NCBI GenBank assembly: GCA_036172245.1
Contig: JAYWIR010000016.1
Coordinates: 3,844,001 to 3,908,000, forward strand
Length of the DNA: 64,000 nt
Direction: 5' to 3'
Source of the DNA: Raillietiella orientalis
Taxonomy: Eukaryota
Position 1 is the first letter of the stretch. Each line of letters begins with the position of its first letter. Below are positions 24,431-37,538 of this stretch, one piece after another. The position numbers were made by a program, and so were the translations under genes. Under the pieces are notes generated by a model, which was not told where the DNA came from, searched no databases, and was given only the letters and a program-made list of their open reading frames with translations.

Positions 24431-27400
24431 ACAACATCCTCCCTCTTTCGCTGAGCCCCGCAACGGTCATTCTGCTTACTGATTGAGTTGTTCAGGCTGA
24501 CCCACCACGTGCTCGGATACGTGCTCTTCTGTTATCCTACACAACTCATCGCAGCCTGGAGTTCAAAGTTCACATCTCAGCCTCTTGCGACTTCGTCAAC
24601 CCGGACAGATGCCGATAGTTACAGAGCATCGGATTTCGTCGGCGCCCCTTCACTCAGCTGGTAATCCGAAGGATGCGAGTGTGTCAGGCACGCCCCACGA
24701 AGAGTAAAGGGGGAGGGGTTGGCACGAAGACTCTCTGTGATCCTCCATGAGCTCCTCATGGATTCTGTCGCTCCAAAGCAGTCTGCCTATGGGCCATGCC
24801 CTCGAAAGGCTTCCGAAGTCCCGCACAGCTTGCAGAGGAACGCCGAAAAAGAGTGGTAGTCAGCTGAAAGAGTAAGAGGAGCAAGGGTTCGATCTTTCTT
24901 GAACATGCAGCCTGCAACGGTCTGCTCAAAAGGAGTCAGCGAAGTGGACCTTGGACAAATTAACTGACGTCATCAATAAGGGGAGGAGGTTTTAAGGGCA
25001 TCGTTCGATGAAACCACCGAGTTGTCCGCGCTGAAATGTGCCCATTAGCGTTCCTCCATCTTCATTACGATGTTGAGGACGAGGAGTTGGATTGACGGAT
25101 TGCGAGATCACGTGATTTTTCCCATTCTGAGAAAGCACTAGGAGTGATTAAGGTTGATGCAGCGCCCCCCCAAAAAAAACAAAAAAGAAAAAACAGGAAA
25201 TGTCTTCACGACGAATTCCAAGTCAAATCTCCTGGTCTCCTAGTCTAAAGTCAAAAAGGATTTTCGGTTGCGGAGGGCTGTCTCTCACGCACAGGACAGT
25301 TTCCAGACATCCGACCGACAGGAATGGCTTTCCCGTTTGTAAAACCTGCTGTTCTTCGCCATTTTGGCCACGAGAAACAAACAAACAAGCAACAAAAAAC
25401 AACAACAGGGCATCTCGAAATGCTGCAGAAACAGCAAATCCGTTTTCTATCCTCAGTTCGGTTCTTTTCGTGAGACTTCTGCTCCCATTCATCCTGGCAG
25501 TAAGGAGTCCCTGAGCGCCAGCGAAGGTCAGTTCTCGTTCGACTTCCTGCAAAGGGAGTGAGGCGATGAGTACCGCCGCATCTTAAGTACTACACGACGG
25601 ATCGCGCCTCAGGCAATCGTCACTCAAACGCGGACAGAGAGTAGGGAGTCTCATTCCCGTGATTTCATCCTCGCGGCTTACATCTTCTCGAGTGGATCAT
25701 CTTGCGCTGCACCGGACAGATGAAGACCTCGAGCAGCCACCTGGAGAGCCACGGCAGCGACCGACGCCGCACAGGTCAAAGGAAAGCGCGGACCGACGCT
25801 GAAGATACGTAGGGCGCGCGTGGAACACCTTGCGGTGCGCCACAGCGCCATCTGCTCGCTGCAAGGAGCGTCAGCTGAAGAGCAGCCTCTGCAAATCAAG
25901 CTGCAAATGCGTCACACGTGAGCGCTACCTCAATTCACCCTGGGCATAGCAAAGTGTGGTTTAACGACACGGTGTGACCGAACTCCAAAATCCTCTTTCG
26001 TGCACACGCAAAATTGCGTCGGACCCAAAGACGAAAGGAAGTTTTTGTGCCGTAGAATGAGCAGCCTGCTATTCGCCTTCACCTTCTCGCGAGAGAAATC
26101 GTCAAAGAGCAAACGAGAGGCCATCCAACATGGCGCCTGGAATCGGCTCTGGCAGGCAGGGGGGGAAAAAAAAACAAAAAAACAAAAAGGAGCCACAAAG
26201 GCCTCAATGATGGAGGACAACAGAATGGGTTGCAAAGTACTCACCGAGATATGAAGAATGCCATGTGAAAGAGTCACCCGGACCCACCGTGACCACCTTC
26301 AGCGGCATGAATCCCGCGATGCGGGAACCTCGGAGAATGTCCGTACATATTTCAGAGCGTTTGCCTTCGTTTCCACTCCGGCGACTGGACGACAAGAGGT
26401 TTAAATTGTACCACGAGTGCAGCTCATGCTGGGAGGAGTGACAAGCAGGTGAAATGCAGTGGACGAGAGGCTGAAGAGCGGACATTCCCACGACATTCCT
26501 AATTGGTTCTGCGGGAGACAGATTTATAACGATAAATCAGTTTTCGTTGGGAGTTCCAGATGTGTGGCCACAAGCGGTTGGCATTTTGCAGGCATTCAGG
26601 AGCCGTCCGGCACACTCCTTTCTCCCCCCTCGTTCTTCGTTTCGAAACCCCACAGAGTCCCCACAGCACGCGAGAGCAGCAAAGGAGCTTCGAGCAGTGA
26701 GCGAGGCGGTCCAGCTATCTCGAGGCTGGAGCGGTCCCGACTCCCCTGCCATTCCCTGAAGTGGTTTCCTGCTTGAAGCCAGAGGATCTCCCAGGCACGA
26801 GCTGATCGAGGCGGGCAGGGAAATGAGGCTTCCCGACACTCGTGTCCGCACGGCCTTCAAGTCGTTCCCAAGCTGCTGCTGCTTGTGCTTCCCGGGCACA
26901 AGCAGCAGAATCGCAAACGGCAAAGCGTTGGGGTTCCACTTTTTTTTTTTCTTCTTTTGGCCTTCACCGCAACACGAAATCCCCGGGGATCCAATTTTTT
27001 CCTTCAGAGCGAAACACAGAAGCGCCACCGTTCGATCCCGTCAGCAGATGAGCGGACAAAGTCCGGGCCACCGGAAAAAAACGTGGCCGCAAACCGTTGA
27101 AGACTCGAAGCTCTGCTTCAGGGAGGAAACACCCTCCATCTTTCCTTCTAAACATCAGGAATTCAAAGTCCGCTGGCGGATGGGTCATCGCTCATGGGTT
27201 TGGTTTGTCACTTGACGTTTCAGCCTTATAGCTGCATGCCAGTGGCCATTTTCACTCGTTTCACGACTTAGCTTTGGAGAGGAAGACATGTGGCCACCCA
27301 CAGCTGCGACTCCAAAACTGTATTTTTTATTATCATTATTGTTATCATCATTGCTTAAATAATTTTTCCCGAGTTCCACTGTTCGGTTTATCAACACCAT

Positions 27401-29259
27401 CACTTTCCATGTGATGAGTAGTTTCAGATAACTGTGCGCATCAGTTTTCCGAACTCGCTGTTGGAAGCTGCTCGTGACCCGATTCCTTCATGTGGCCACT
27501 CAGAAAGCTCATGCAGACCCTAAAAATATACTGAAGGGGAGAGGACTCATAGGAGGCTGCCTCCATGGAGGTCTGACGGGTCGACTAGGTGCCGCTACGC
27601 CTTCCATGACTTAGAAAGGAAGACTTGGTGATTTTTGAGACTGGCTTGGTTAGTTCCACGCCTGAAGGCATGACTGTCTGCATCATAGTATTAAAAGTGC
27701 CACAGATGCAGAGTGAATGCAGGTTGATGATGAGGAGTGTCTGGATAGACAGCAGCTCTCCACTTGGAATCATACAAGCCATGCGTTGCAACATCAGCAG
27801 GGAGAATAATTCGTGAAATCTTGTCTCACACTGGAGCACGCTGGTGGTAACTGGTGCTCTTGCAGCCTTCCCGTTAATGGCGGATTAGGTTGGTCAGGTT
27901 AGGTTCATCCGTAAACATTCCACTCCTTGCACTGCCATCTCTGAAATAGACAGAAGGGAAGACGTAATAGATGCAAACAGAACGGAGCTTTGTGGTATGG
28001 AATTTCTAATAGAAACTCCCGGGCTCATCAACAGGATCAAGTTGACGTGACCACGATCTTCACTATCGCAACTGGAAACTTCCTTCGACACTCGCGATGC
28101 TTGTAGAAAATTCTTCTTGGATGCTGGTAAAATTCTTCCACCGAGGCTGGTTCAACACTACCGTGGTAGGAAATACCCTTTTGGGTGACAAAGATCAATG
28201 ACAAAGATATCCTCAGCGAGCACCGAAGTACAGTTCGAAAATACTTGAAGATTGCGCTGCCACACCAACAGTTGAAAACTCTTCGACTTGGTCCAGCAAC
28301 TGCCTACATCTCTCGGAAAAGACCCGCATGTGGTACGTCGCAGCAGGTGTGATTTCGGTACATGGTAACTACGGCGTCTCCTTCTTGGAATCAACGGAGC
28401 CTATGCCAGACCTCTTAAGATGACTTCATTACCGAATTGAAGATATCACCGAAGTAATCAGAAGCTGCAACCGATTTCGAGCGTGTACTGCACATGAGCA
28501 AAAATATTGGAGGCTTCAGCTAAACTTCAGAAACTGCCAAAACACAAACACCGCCTGAAGAGAGCGCGATCACAGCATCAGAGAGACCATCACTGATGGC
28601 GATGATGTGCAGCAAGCAAGAAAATAAATCTGGGAGAAAATAAATGTTCAAGTGAACCGGCGATCCCTCTTCGAGGGAAAGCATCTACGGCATCTTTGCA
28701 ACACAAATTCACACCACAGCGCCGCAGAACAGCAAAGATATGGGATTCTGGTTCCACAAATTCGGCTGTTTCCCCGAAACGGCATTACGAAAACTTTCTA
28801 CAGCTGAATCTCTCAGTCACAAGAGTGGACCTTTGGCGTAGTTTCCAAACTCTTCTTCCCCTTTCGTCAATCGGATGGTCCACCCATATCCTCCGAACCA
28901 GTGTTGCACGCAGCGCTTTCGACTTGGCCGCCTGTTTCGGGCAGCGGCTCTCGGGAACACCATTGCCTTGGGTTTCTTTGACGTTCGAGGGAATGCTGAA
29001 ATTCAAAACGGCCCAACAGGCGGTGTGCTGTTGATTTGTGGTGCCGATCTCAACACGAAAGCTGACGCCAAGCATCACCGAAGCGTTTATTTGCTTAGAG
29101 TGTTATTCCCAAGTGTTTGAGATCTGAAGGTGAATGAGATGGGATGCGTCGCAAAGACCAATCCTTGGTTTTCCTCTCTCGGCTAGAAACAAATACCTGC
29201 ACACCGCAGGATTCCCTTCGACACTGAAATCGGATTCGGGTCCGAGGCTTTCATCTACA

Positions 29260-30519
29260 TTTTTGTTCCATGCGCTTCGTGGGAGCGAGTGGTCCGCATC
29301 TTTCCTCGGAAACGTCAACTGCTGGCATTTCCTCCGCTGAGACAATGTGGAAAAGTGGTTTCTTCTGGTTGCTGCCGTGTTTGATGATGAGCCACACCGG
29401 GCATGGCACCTAAACAACTTCCCTTTGAATGCTCACCTGGAGAATGAAATGTGAGCATGGTGGTCATTCGTAGCCCACTTCGCGACTAGTAGGCACGCTA
29501 AGGCTGCGACATGCAAACACACAAAAGGCCTTACTTTGTCTAACTGATTTATCTTTGCAAGTCAGTCAAGCAGACCACGAAATGCAAATTGAGACGGTTT
29601 GGGAAAAGTCAGTTGGGATCCCTTCGACTTTGGGGCTACTTTCATGCTGGATGCAGTGAAGTGACTCTGTCTTCAGGGAAAAAACTCAGAAAGTTCTCAA
29701 AAACCTTACGGTTAGATTACGTAGAAAACCTCCTCTTCCGCTCTTGCACACCGCCTTGCTCCATTCAGGTATCCCGGAAGCCAGATGCTGCCGAGAAGTT
29801 GGTCCACTGTCACCGCATCAACTGTTCTCACACGGGTCGTGCGTAGCCATCCTCCTATACTTCCTTCCCACGTCCCGCAGTGGTCACGTCCAGGATGCGA
29901 TGGATTCACACCACATGAGTTCTGGAATTTTTGCTTCTTTTTTTTTTGTTTTCTTCATGCAAATGAATGGCCCGGAGCAATGCTTCTCAAAATCAGTTGC
30001 TCTGAAAGCTTGTTCTGCGTGTCAAGTGGATTTCTCATCTCGCAGATTGCATAACAAACTCCCAACGCAGAGGTTTCCCATCAGAGCATGCGTCTGGAAG
30101 CCGATTGTCAGCCACAGAGCACGGGATGGCACGCAATCTCATCTGAAACGCCATCATTCCTTCAAGCTTCCTTCTAGAGACTTGAGATGGCAAGCATAAA
30201 CTGCAGTGCAACTGACAAAACAAACCGAAAGACCTCCTTGAATGAAATACATCAACAAATTTGCCGGAATCACTTCACTGCTTTGGCGACGACTGTCTGT
30301 CAGTCCTGTGGTCTCGGATTCTCACATCTTCGATGCCTCCTTTCTGGTGGATTTCCAGGCTTTCATCTACGCAAACCGACATTTCTTTTCCATGCGCTCC
30401 ATGGGAACGAGTGGTTTGCATCTTTCCTCGGAAACGTCAACTGCTGGCATTTCCTCCGCTGAGGCAATGCGGAAAAGTGGTTTCTTCTGGTGGCTCCCTT
30501 GTTTGATGATGAGCCACAC
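29260..30519 (+). repeat. Direct repeat pair of about 140 bp (29260-29398 and 30381-30519)
   Basis: Shared gcatctttcctcggaaacgtcaactgctggcatttcctccgctgag...tgtttgatgatgagccacac. Confidence 0.9.
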
Positions 30520-31559
30520 GAGCCTAGACAACTGATACACTATACGGGCACTCCTTTCTGGAGGGAAAACCGAGCCGCAGCCGTTGCTTGGGCACTCTTT
30601 TCGAAACGCTGACCTGTTCGAGCTCAGCTCCAGTCAACCACACGTGCTTGACCACATCGTGAAAAGAACTCGCATGGACACTTCGAAAGAGGATTGACCC
30701 TTGCTGGCACGAACGACACACTTTGCCCAGGAGAACAAAAGATTCAGCGCCGTGCTCGGACTGCGCCGCCGCCATTACCAGCAGCGGCACATGCCAGTCC
30801 TTCGGCGCTCCGGTTGTCCTCAGCAAGCTGACCGGGAAGTTGGTGCCTCCCTCGGCAGCATCTGGGAGGAGACCGCGTCCTGGTTTCCATCCCGGCTTCC
30901 GAGCTCTTCGTCTCGAGAGGCGGGGACCACGAGGAGGAGTCGGCAACGGCTCTCCCCTTCTAGACGGACCCCTGGGAAGCGTGGACGGTCCTCTAGAGCT
31001 GAAGCGCGGACGCTGGCCGCGCCCTGCTTGCAGCCATCTTAGTGGGCTCAGTGATCTTCGCTGCTCACCCATCTCTTCTCGCGGGTGGACCTGGAGGGAG
31101 GAAGACGAACGGAATCCCCTTTGGGGACACTTCGGTCCCCTGGGTACAGGACCGTCGACGGGGACACCTCCAGGAAAACAAAAGAAGGAAATCACATCCT
31201 ATAGGAAGGAAGCAGAAGGTTCAATTTGCATCCGAGGGGAAGGAATGTTCAGAGATGACGCTCGCTGTAGGAGCAGATCGAAAGGAACTTTCCCATGCTC
31301 ATGCTGGCACGGATGCAGTAGCTACTACGGAAGAATCCAGAGCACCAGTACGGAACGCAAAAGCCGGCGCCAGCATCGGCAGAGCCCATGGGTATTCAAC
31401 GCAAGCAAAATCAAAATGTAAGGATGCAACAGTTGGACCAATGAGGTGCAAAAAGCGAAATTTTCATGGAACTTATTCGCTTCTGCAGTACATGTTCGTT
31501 GTGCCCAAACGATCGGTCAAGGAAATGCTCCAACCAAGGGGGATGTCAGATCAACTTAA

Positions 31560-32880
31560 AGGATGAGAAACTGAAAGCACAAGCAAAGGAATCAGAGGAA
31601 CTGATTTACAATAGTAAATGTGGGGATGAAATCAATGCCCTGAGAAAACAAAAGTTGGAATTGGAATCCCGGGTGAAGAATCAGGAGGAAGAGCTGGACG
31701 ACTTAGCTGGTCAAGTACAATTATTAGAGCAGGAGAAGTTGAAACTCGAGATGAGTTTCGAACAACAAAAAAGGGAACATAAAAAAGAAATAGCTCAAAA
31801 GGATGATGAGTTAGAAGAGATACGGTGCTCTTTTCCGAAGAAAATAAAAGCTTTGGAAACCCAACTGGAGATTGCATTGGATGAGCGATCTGCGCTTCTG
31901 CTTGAAAAACACAATTTGGAAAGGAAGCTGCTCGAACCGGAAGACCAATCGTTTCGATCTGGAGGAGTACATCGCTCGCCTTAAAAGGGCAAGTCAGTGC
32001 ACTCCTGCGGGATGCGCAGCTGATGGCAGAAGCAAACAGGACCGAACAAAGCGCTGGTCAGGCAGCTGAAGAATCAGCTGGAAGATGCCGAGCTGGAGAA
32101 GGCAGCAGCAGCTCTGCGGACGCGACAGTCGGTAAAAATGGAGCCGCAGCCCCTTCAAAGTCAACTCGACGAAGCCACGCAGCGGAAGCAGGAAGCGGAA
32201 GAGCGCTTCAGCCGTTGCGCGCGAGAGAAGAATGCGACGCAGGTCCAGATGGAGGGAAACGAAGAGGAGCTCACGGATCTTTTGAAAAAGTATCGTGGTT
32301 CCGTGCAGCGGTTGTCGGAGCACCAGGAGCTTGTCGGCGATTTGAACTCCCGGTTCGCCCAGCTGGAATCCGAGAGGGATTCTCTAAGAGAGCAGCTGAG
32401 CGACATGTGATCTGCCGCCTGCAGGACAAGGTAGCGGACTCGATCTCCTCCCAAGACAGTCAGCGCCTGGAGCTGAAACTTTGCGATTTCGAGAACAAAC
32501 TCTCCTTGGAGGACAGCACCAGGACTCGCCTCGAATCGCAGATTTCTCGGCTGAAGGATGTGATCTCGCGCGTGAATTCCGAAAGTGAAACCCATCGCCA
32601 GAAGGAGCCGAAGCTTGCGGAGAACGAGAGGAGGCTGACGCGCCAGATTCAGGACTTGCAGGAAAAGATCTCCGTTTTGGAGGCGAGAGAGTCCGACGTC
32701 AGCTACCAGGAACAGGAGCACCCGACGGGGTCACCGAGATCCTGGAAACCGAAGTCGCGTCTGCGAAAGCCGAATTACGAATGGCCTTCGAGACAACCGA
32801 AGAGTTGCAGTCTGCTCTGATGGAAGAAGATATAGATGATGGTGTGGAAAGTAGTTCGCTGGAAGATGGGGCTTCCTTGT
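31560..32880 (+). pseudogene. Myo18: Myosin-XVIII (Mhcl/MYO18A-like) coiled-coil tail; intronless and frameshifted, probable processed pseudogene
   Basis: QEEELDDLAGQVQLLEQEKLKLEM...KKIKALETQLE...LLLEKHNLERKL, ALLRDAQ, RQLKNQLEDAE, NEEELTDLLKKY, RLELK...LSLEDSTRTRLESQISRLK and LQSALMEE match, in order, the arthropod myosin-XVIII tail as recalled; split over ORFs 31466, 31872, 32023, 32138 and 32781 by about 5 frameshifts; no introns. Confidence 0.85.
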
Positions 32881-35800
32881 CGCTCTCAGGACTGCAGTGT
32901 GATTACTCTGACGATCCTCTGAAACCCGAAAACGCTACAGCAGTGAAGAAAACTAATCAACAGGAGTGCAGCCCACGAGGGATTTTGTTAAAGTGCTTAG
33001 CTGACCATCTTTTAAATTCCTTTCAAATATCCGGTGCCGATCACGGAAGGTTTTCTTTTTCAAGAAATTTCATACCAAAGAATGATTTTTTTTTTTTTTT
33101 TTTTCTCCCTACAAAATTTGATTTTATTCTACATCTTCCACAACACTTTCCACAACAACCACACCACGAGCTCTTGGCTATCATGTACGAGCAAATAAGA
33201 TTTTGTTTTTTTAGTAGGGATGATGACTGGTGATCCGAACTAGAAGATATTACGGCATTCATTAAAATGAAGAAGGATGAGTACTCTGGAAGCAAAGATC
33301 ATGGGATCGTTCTGATGAAAAACAAATGTGACAGGTGTTTGCGGTTTGGTGACCCCGGATGACTAAGCATTTGAAAGTCACGTGAAAAGCCGCTCTGCTG
33401 CTATGAGCGGAAGGGCCGGCATAAATAAAAGCCTTCTGGACAGCGGAAACATTAAAGGGAGAAGCAGTGCAACAGAGACCGAAAGATGTCGATTGGATCC
33501 TCTGGGACGCAACTCGGATCGTCCGGGTTGCACCCATCCCTTGCGGGTGACCATCCGTTGCGACGAATCGCTCGTTCTATGAAGTGATCGCAAGCTCGAG
33601 TGCAGAGGTCGCACATGCGGAGGCATGCACGACCTCTCCACTGCAACTGGCGACCGGCCCCGTGGCAAACTACCGAAGCGGTCCAACAGGCGGTGTGCCG
33701 CCGATTTATCGAGCCGATCGCAACACGAAGGGTGACGCCAAGCATCACCGAAGTTTCCATCTGCTTGGAGTACTTCTCAAGTGTTTGAGATCTGAAGGTG
33801 AATGAGTTGGTGGTGATTTGGTGGAATCCGAGTTCGCTGAGGAGTAGCCTCCGTAGCAAATAAAAAAAAAAAAAATAAAAACGTGATGAAGGAGCTCTTT
33901 GGTGCTCTGGAACCTCACTGCGAAAAAAAAAAAAAAAAAAAAAAAAACGAAATTATGCAGAAATAACCAAGGCTGGATTGCATCTTATTAAACTCGATAT
34001 AATTGACAAATTTCTTGGAGTTCGTTAACACCATGTAACAAGGGGGAAAACACTGAGGAGAGATGCAGAGTCCTCCTGGAGGGGAAGATTGGAAAAACTC
34101 CTCCGCCATCGAAAGCACAGACGACGGCTGTTTCGATCCCACACGCGAAAGAGAAGGAAAAAGATGTTCAACGAAGATGAAAGGAAAGAGGAAAGTGGCA
34201 GCGAAAGTGCAAGGAGTGCCGGACCGTGGATGGGTTCAAGCAAAAGGGAACGACCAGTGCCGACCAGAAGTGACTCTTGAAGCCCACGCACAGGTGGTGT
34301 TTTCCTGGCACCGTTCTGGCGGGGACGGCTGAGCGTGGGCAGATGGCACCGAGGAAGCACACGGCACGCCCGGATGCCCGAGGAAATGGGAATCCCACGC
34401 AAGACACGCACGTTCCCAGCAGGATGAGCAGCAAGCGGCTCGAGGAAACGTAATTTCAAGGATGAAGGTGAATCGAACGGCCTGAGATACGTGCAAGGAG
34501 CAGCTTGGCGATGACCATCCGTGGCACGACATTGGTGCCTGACCTTCCAGCGCCACGGGCTGTTCCGCTCGAATGCCGAACGAAAATGAGCGCGGGGACT
34601 CGGACGACTTTCGCGAAGGGAGCATCCGGAGGAGGAATTTTCGGAATTGGAAAAGATTTATGCTTGGCTAACACGAGAGACTGCGAAGCACGCAGTTATT
34701 AATTGCCGGGGAAAGTTTCAGTGTTTCAACGGTGGCGGGTTCGAGTAGCAGGGAGCTCGAGTGCAGATGGGAGCGCTGCTCGTCTTCAAAAGGTTGCCAA
34801 CGGCAGGGAAGCTGTGTGGAAAGTGAGGAACAATCGGAAGATTCATGGCTTTCGCGGCAGCTAAGCGCAGGCACCGCCATTTGCCGCAGTCCTGAAGCCA
34901 AGGACATGTAAATCAACACGGTTTGAAAAATGTCCCGTCATCCGGCGTTCCGAGAAATCTGCATGACAAAAGTCTTGGCTGAAGGATGGCTCAAAGACAA
35001 CGTGGAAGAAAAAAAAAAAATTCGTTAAGGAAAATAAAAATCAGTAAGTTAAAAAATCAAACCTGGAGTGACAGTGAATGCCTCCGCATGCTGAAACACC
35101 AAAGGAATTTCCGACTCCCCCTCGAATTTACATCCGCGGTTTTTGCGGTACGGCTGAGTCATGAGGAGAATTTCAGAAACATCAGCGAATGGTGGCGCAA
35201 ACGTTCGTTTCAGAGAAGCGACAGGAGGAAAATCCGTACGGAGTTCAGAAACGGACGGATGCTGCCGCTGCATGCAAAGAGGAAGGAGAGAGGGAGAGAG
35301 AGAGAGGGGGGGGGGATATAATAATCATCGCGCAGTGGTGCACGATTAGACCCCTTCGGTCTTCGCCACCATCTGCTCGGCACACAATCAGCTCTTTGCA
35401 CGTCTGCACACGACTCATTCGAGGGCTCTCGCGTTTCACTTGGAATCGACAGCAGCCTTCCACCCGAACAACCAAAGGACCGAACGCCAACACGCGTGGC
35501 GCCAAACGTTGGAACGCTCTCCCTCTCGGCTGCAGCCATGCTGATGCTGGTGAGAACCTCCTTCTGCGCCCGGGAGCCGTTTCTGAAAGAGTTTCCAAAG
35601 TCAGCAGTGCGGGTGAGGCGGCCACCACATCCCGAAAGTCCGACCGGCACACGGTGAATCCTCAGGAAAAGACCTCGGAAAAATCACAAGAGCGGCTACG
35701 GCGGCGGCGGCGGGGGGGAGAAGAGAAACACCCGACATCGCAACACTTCAGCTCGAGATTGGCGAAACGCTGCACGAATAGTGTTTTTCTTGTATTCACT

Positions 35801-37092
35801 CAATTCACAGCTTTCTTTTTGCTTTTTTTTTTCTCTTGCAAAGGTTCTCGGCTGAAATGCACACACACAATGTGAGAAACCACAAGCGTGTTGCATGGAA
35901 ATGAAAAATATGGCATCGAATACAGTGTTTTCGATAAAAAAAAAAAAAAAAAAAAAAATGGATGGCACGTTTTTTTGCGAAAGCACTGTTTGGATTTCGG
36001 AATGAATCGCACTCCACGCTTAGAAGGACAGGAGCCAAATTTGGAAAGTCTCGTTGTGCAGGCAACGGATTTTTCCAACGAGCTTCAGAGTGATCGAAGT
36101 GAGAGTTCGCTCTTCTGGCCAAACAACACGTGGGAAGAACTCGTTTTTCTCTCTCTCTCTCTCTCTCTCTTTTTTCCGGAACACTTCCGTTTCTTTCACA
36201 AGCCCATGCGGAACGTGGGCTGTCAGGAAGTGCATCCATTCGAAAATGGATTTGCATGCCCCCCCCCCCCCCAAAGGCACAACTGGTCCACGAGGGGATG
36301 CTGTTGATAACAAAAGGGTCAAGCAAGCAATTACGGGGGCACAATCACGGTACAACAAATTATTGCACATCCGTACGTCTTGAATCTGCGCTGGAAACAC
36401 GTGGGCACTACGCGAAACATACAGACACTCGAAAAACGCTGCAACACGAAAGCTTTTCGTTCATCCGAAAGCACATTGGTTTTCGCAGAAACCCCGCTGA
36501 AGAGCATTCATTCATGCTGCAGGTGAGTGTACTCGGAACTGCCCGCTCGAACCAAACTTGGGGTGTGCATCAGCACGGGTGATTCCAAAGGCAGAAATTC
36601 CACAACAGACACTGGGCAACAGTTTTCATCATCATGGCAGCCATGGATCTGTACTGAAATGCTACGAAAGAATGCAAAGAAATTTTCGGATTAACATCCA
36701 ACGTTCACACGTGACCACTCTTCACTGAACTCGTGCAATTTATTTGCTCACATCAAAGCATGATTCAGCCTCCACATCATCAACTTACATGGCCATCTAA
36801 ATGTGGGCTTTTGTTCCAATTCAGTTTTCAGGAATATTTATGGGTTGACAGATTATCAACAGATACAACCATGAAATCTTTGAATACCCCTTTTATGCAT
36901 TTCATTTGCTTCGAATTTTCTTTATCATAAAATGCTTCCGCTGTGAAAAATCACGGCTGCCATGGGAAACATTTCAGCCAATGCAAGTTACGTTTTCCAG
37001 ACTTCTAAAGGCTGATGCTAGTGCTTTTGCCAGGTTTGTTGGAACTGGCAAAAGTATTTAGTTTTGTTATACACTCAAAAGAAACCGGTTGC

Positions 37093-37538
37093 ATGAGACT
37101 GATTGCTCTTTTCATATTATTTTTATGGTTTACCCTATTTTTCTATGGTAAGGTAAAATGAAAAAAACAAAAAACAAAAACAAAAACCCAACGATACCAT
37201 CGTCAACCTGATGGACCTTTCATACATTAAGAATTGTAGCTTAAATAGCAAGCAACTTGATCATGAAAAATGCAACTGATTACCTTGATTAGCCACTTGC
37301 TTTTTTAAAAATAGCATTGTGAAATGTGGATCACAAGAGCTCTTAGAACTATAAAGGGAAATCTCAGGTGCAATAGAATGAATCGAATACTGAAATCACA
37401 TAATCATTAAACAGAATAACACAAATCTTTTCACAAGTTATTGTTTGGGTTCACCTTGGGTTTACTGGGAAATTCTATTTGTTTTGGTTAAGCAACATGC
37501 AGCAATTCAAGCAAGTCAAACAAGCCATGAGACAAGTG
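37093..37538 (+). CDS. First two coding exons (37093-37147, 37503-37538) of a putative secreted protein of unknown function
   Basis: MRLIALFILFLWFTLFFY with phase-1 donor G|GTAAGG, then a 36-nt phase 1-1 exon giving AIQA-SQTSHETS, which forms a plausible signal peptide and cleavage site. Confidence 0.5.

Larger units (their letters stand above)
29008..33806 (+). repeat. Direct repeat pair of about 130 bp (29008-29138 and 33679-33806)
   Basis: Shared caacaggcggtgtgc...tgacgccaagcatcaccgaag...caagtgtttgagatctgaaggtgaatgag. Confidence 0.85.

Noticed and set aside
29197..29436. 240-nt minus-strand exon candidate with good splice sites
   Set aside because: Stop codons in the frames checked, and it overlaps a locally duplicated repeat
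30600..30760. RING-CH-like VCRSCQQGSI...VHAS on the minus strand
   Set aside because: Most metal ligands are missing; similarity too weak
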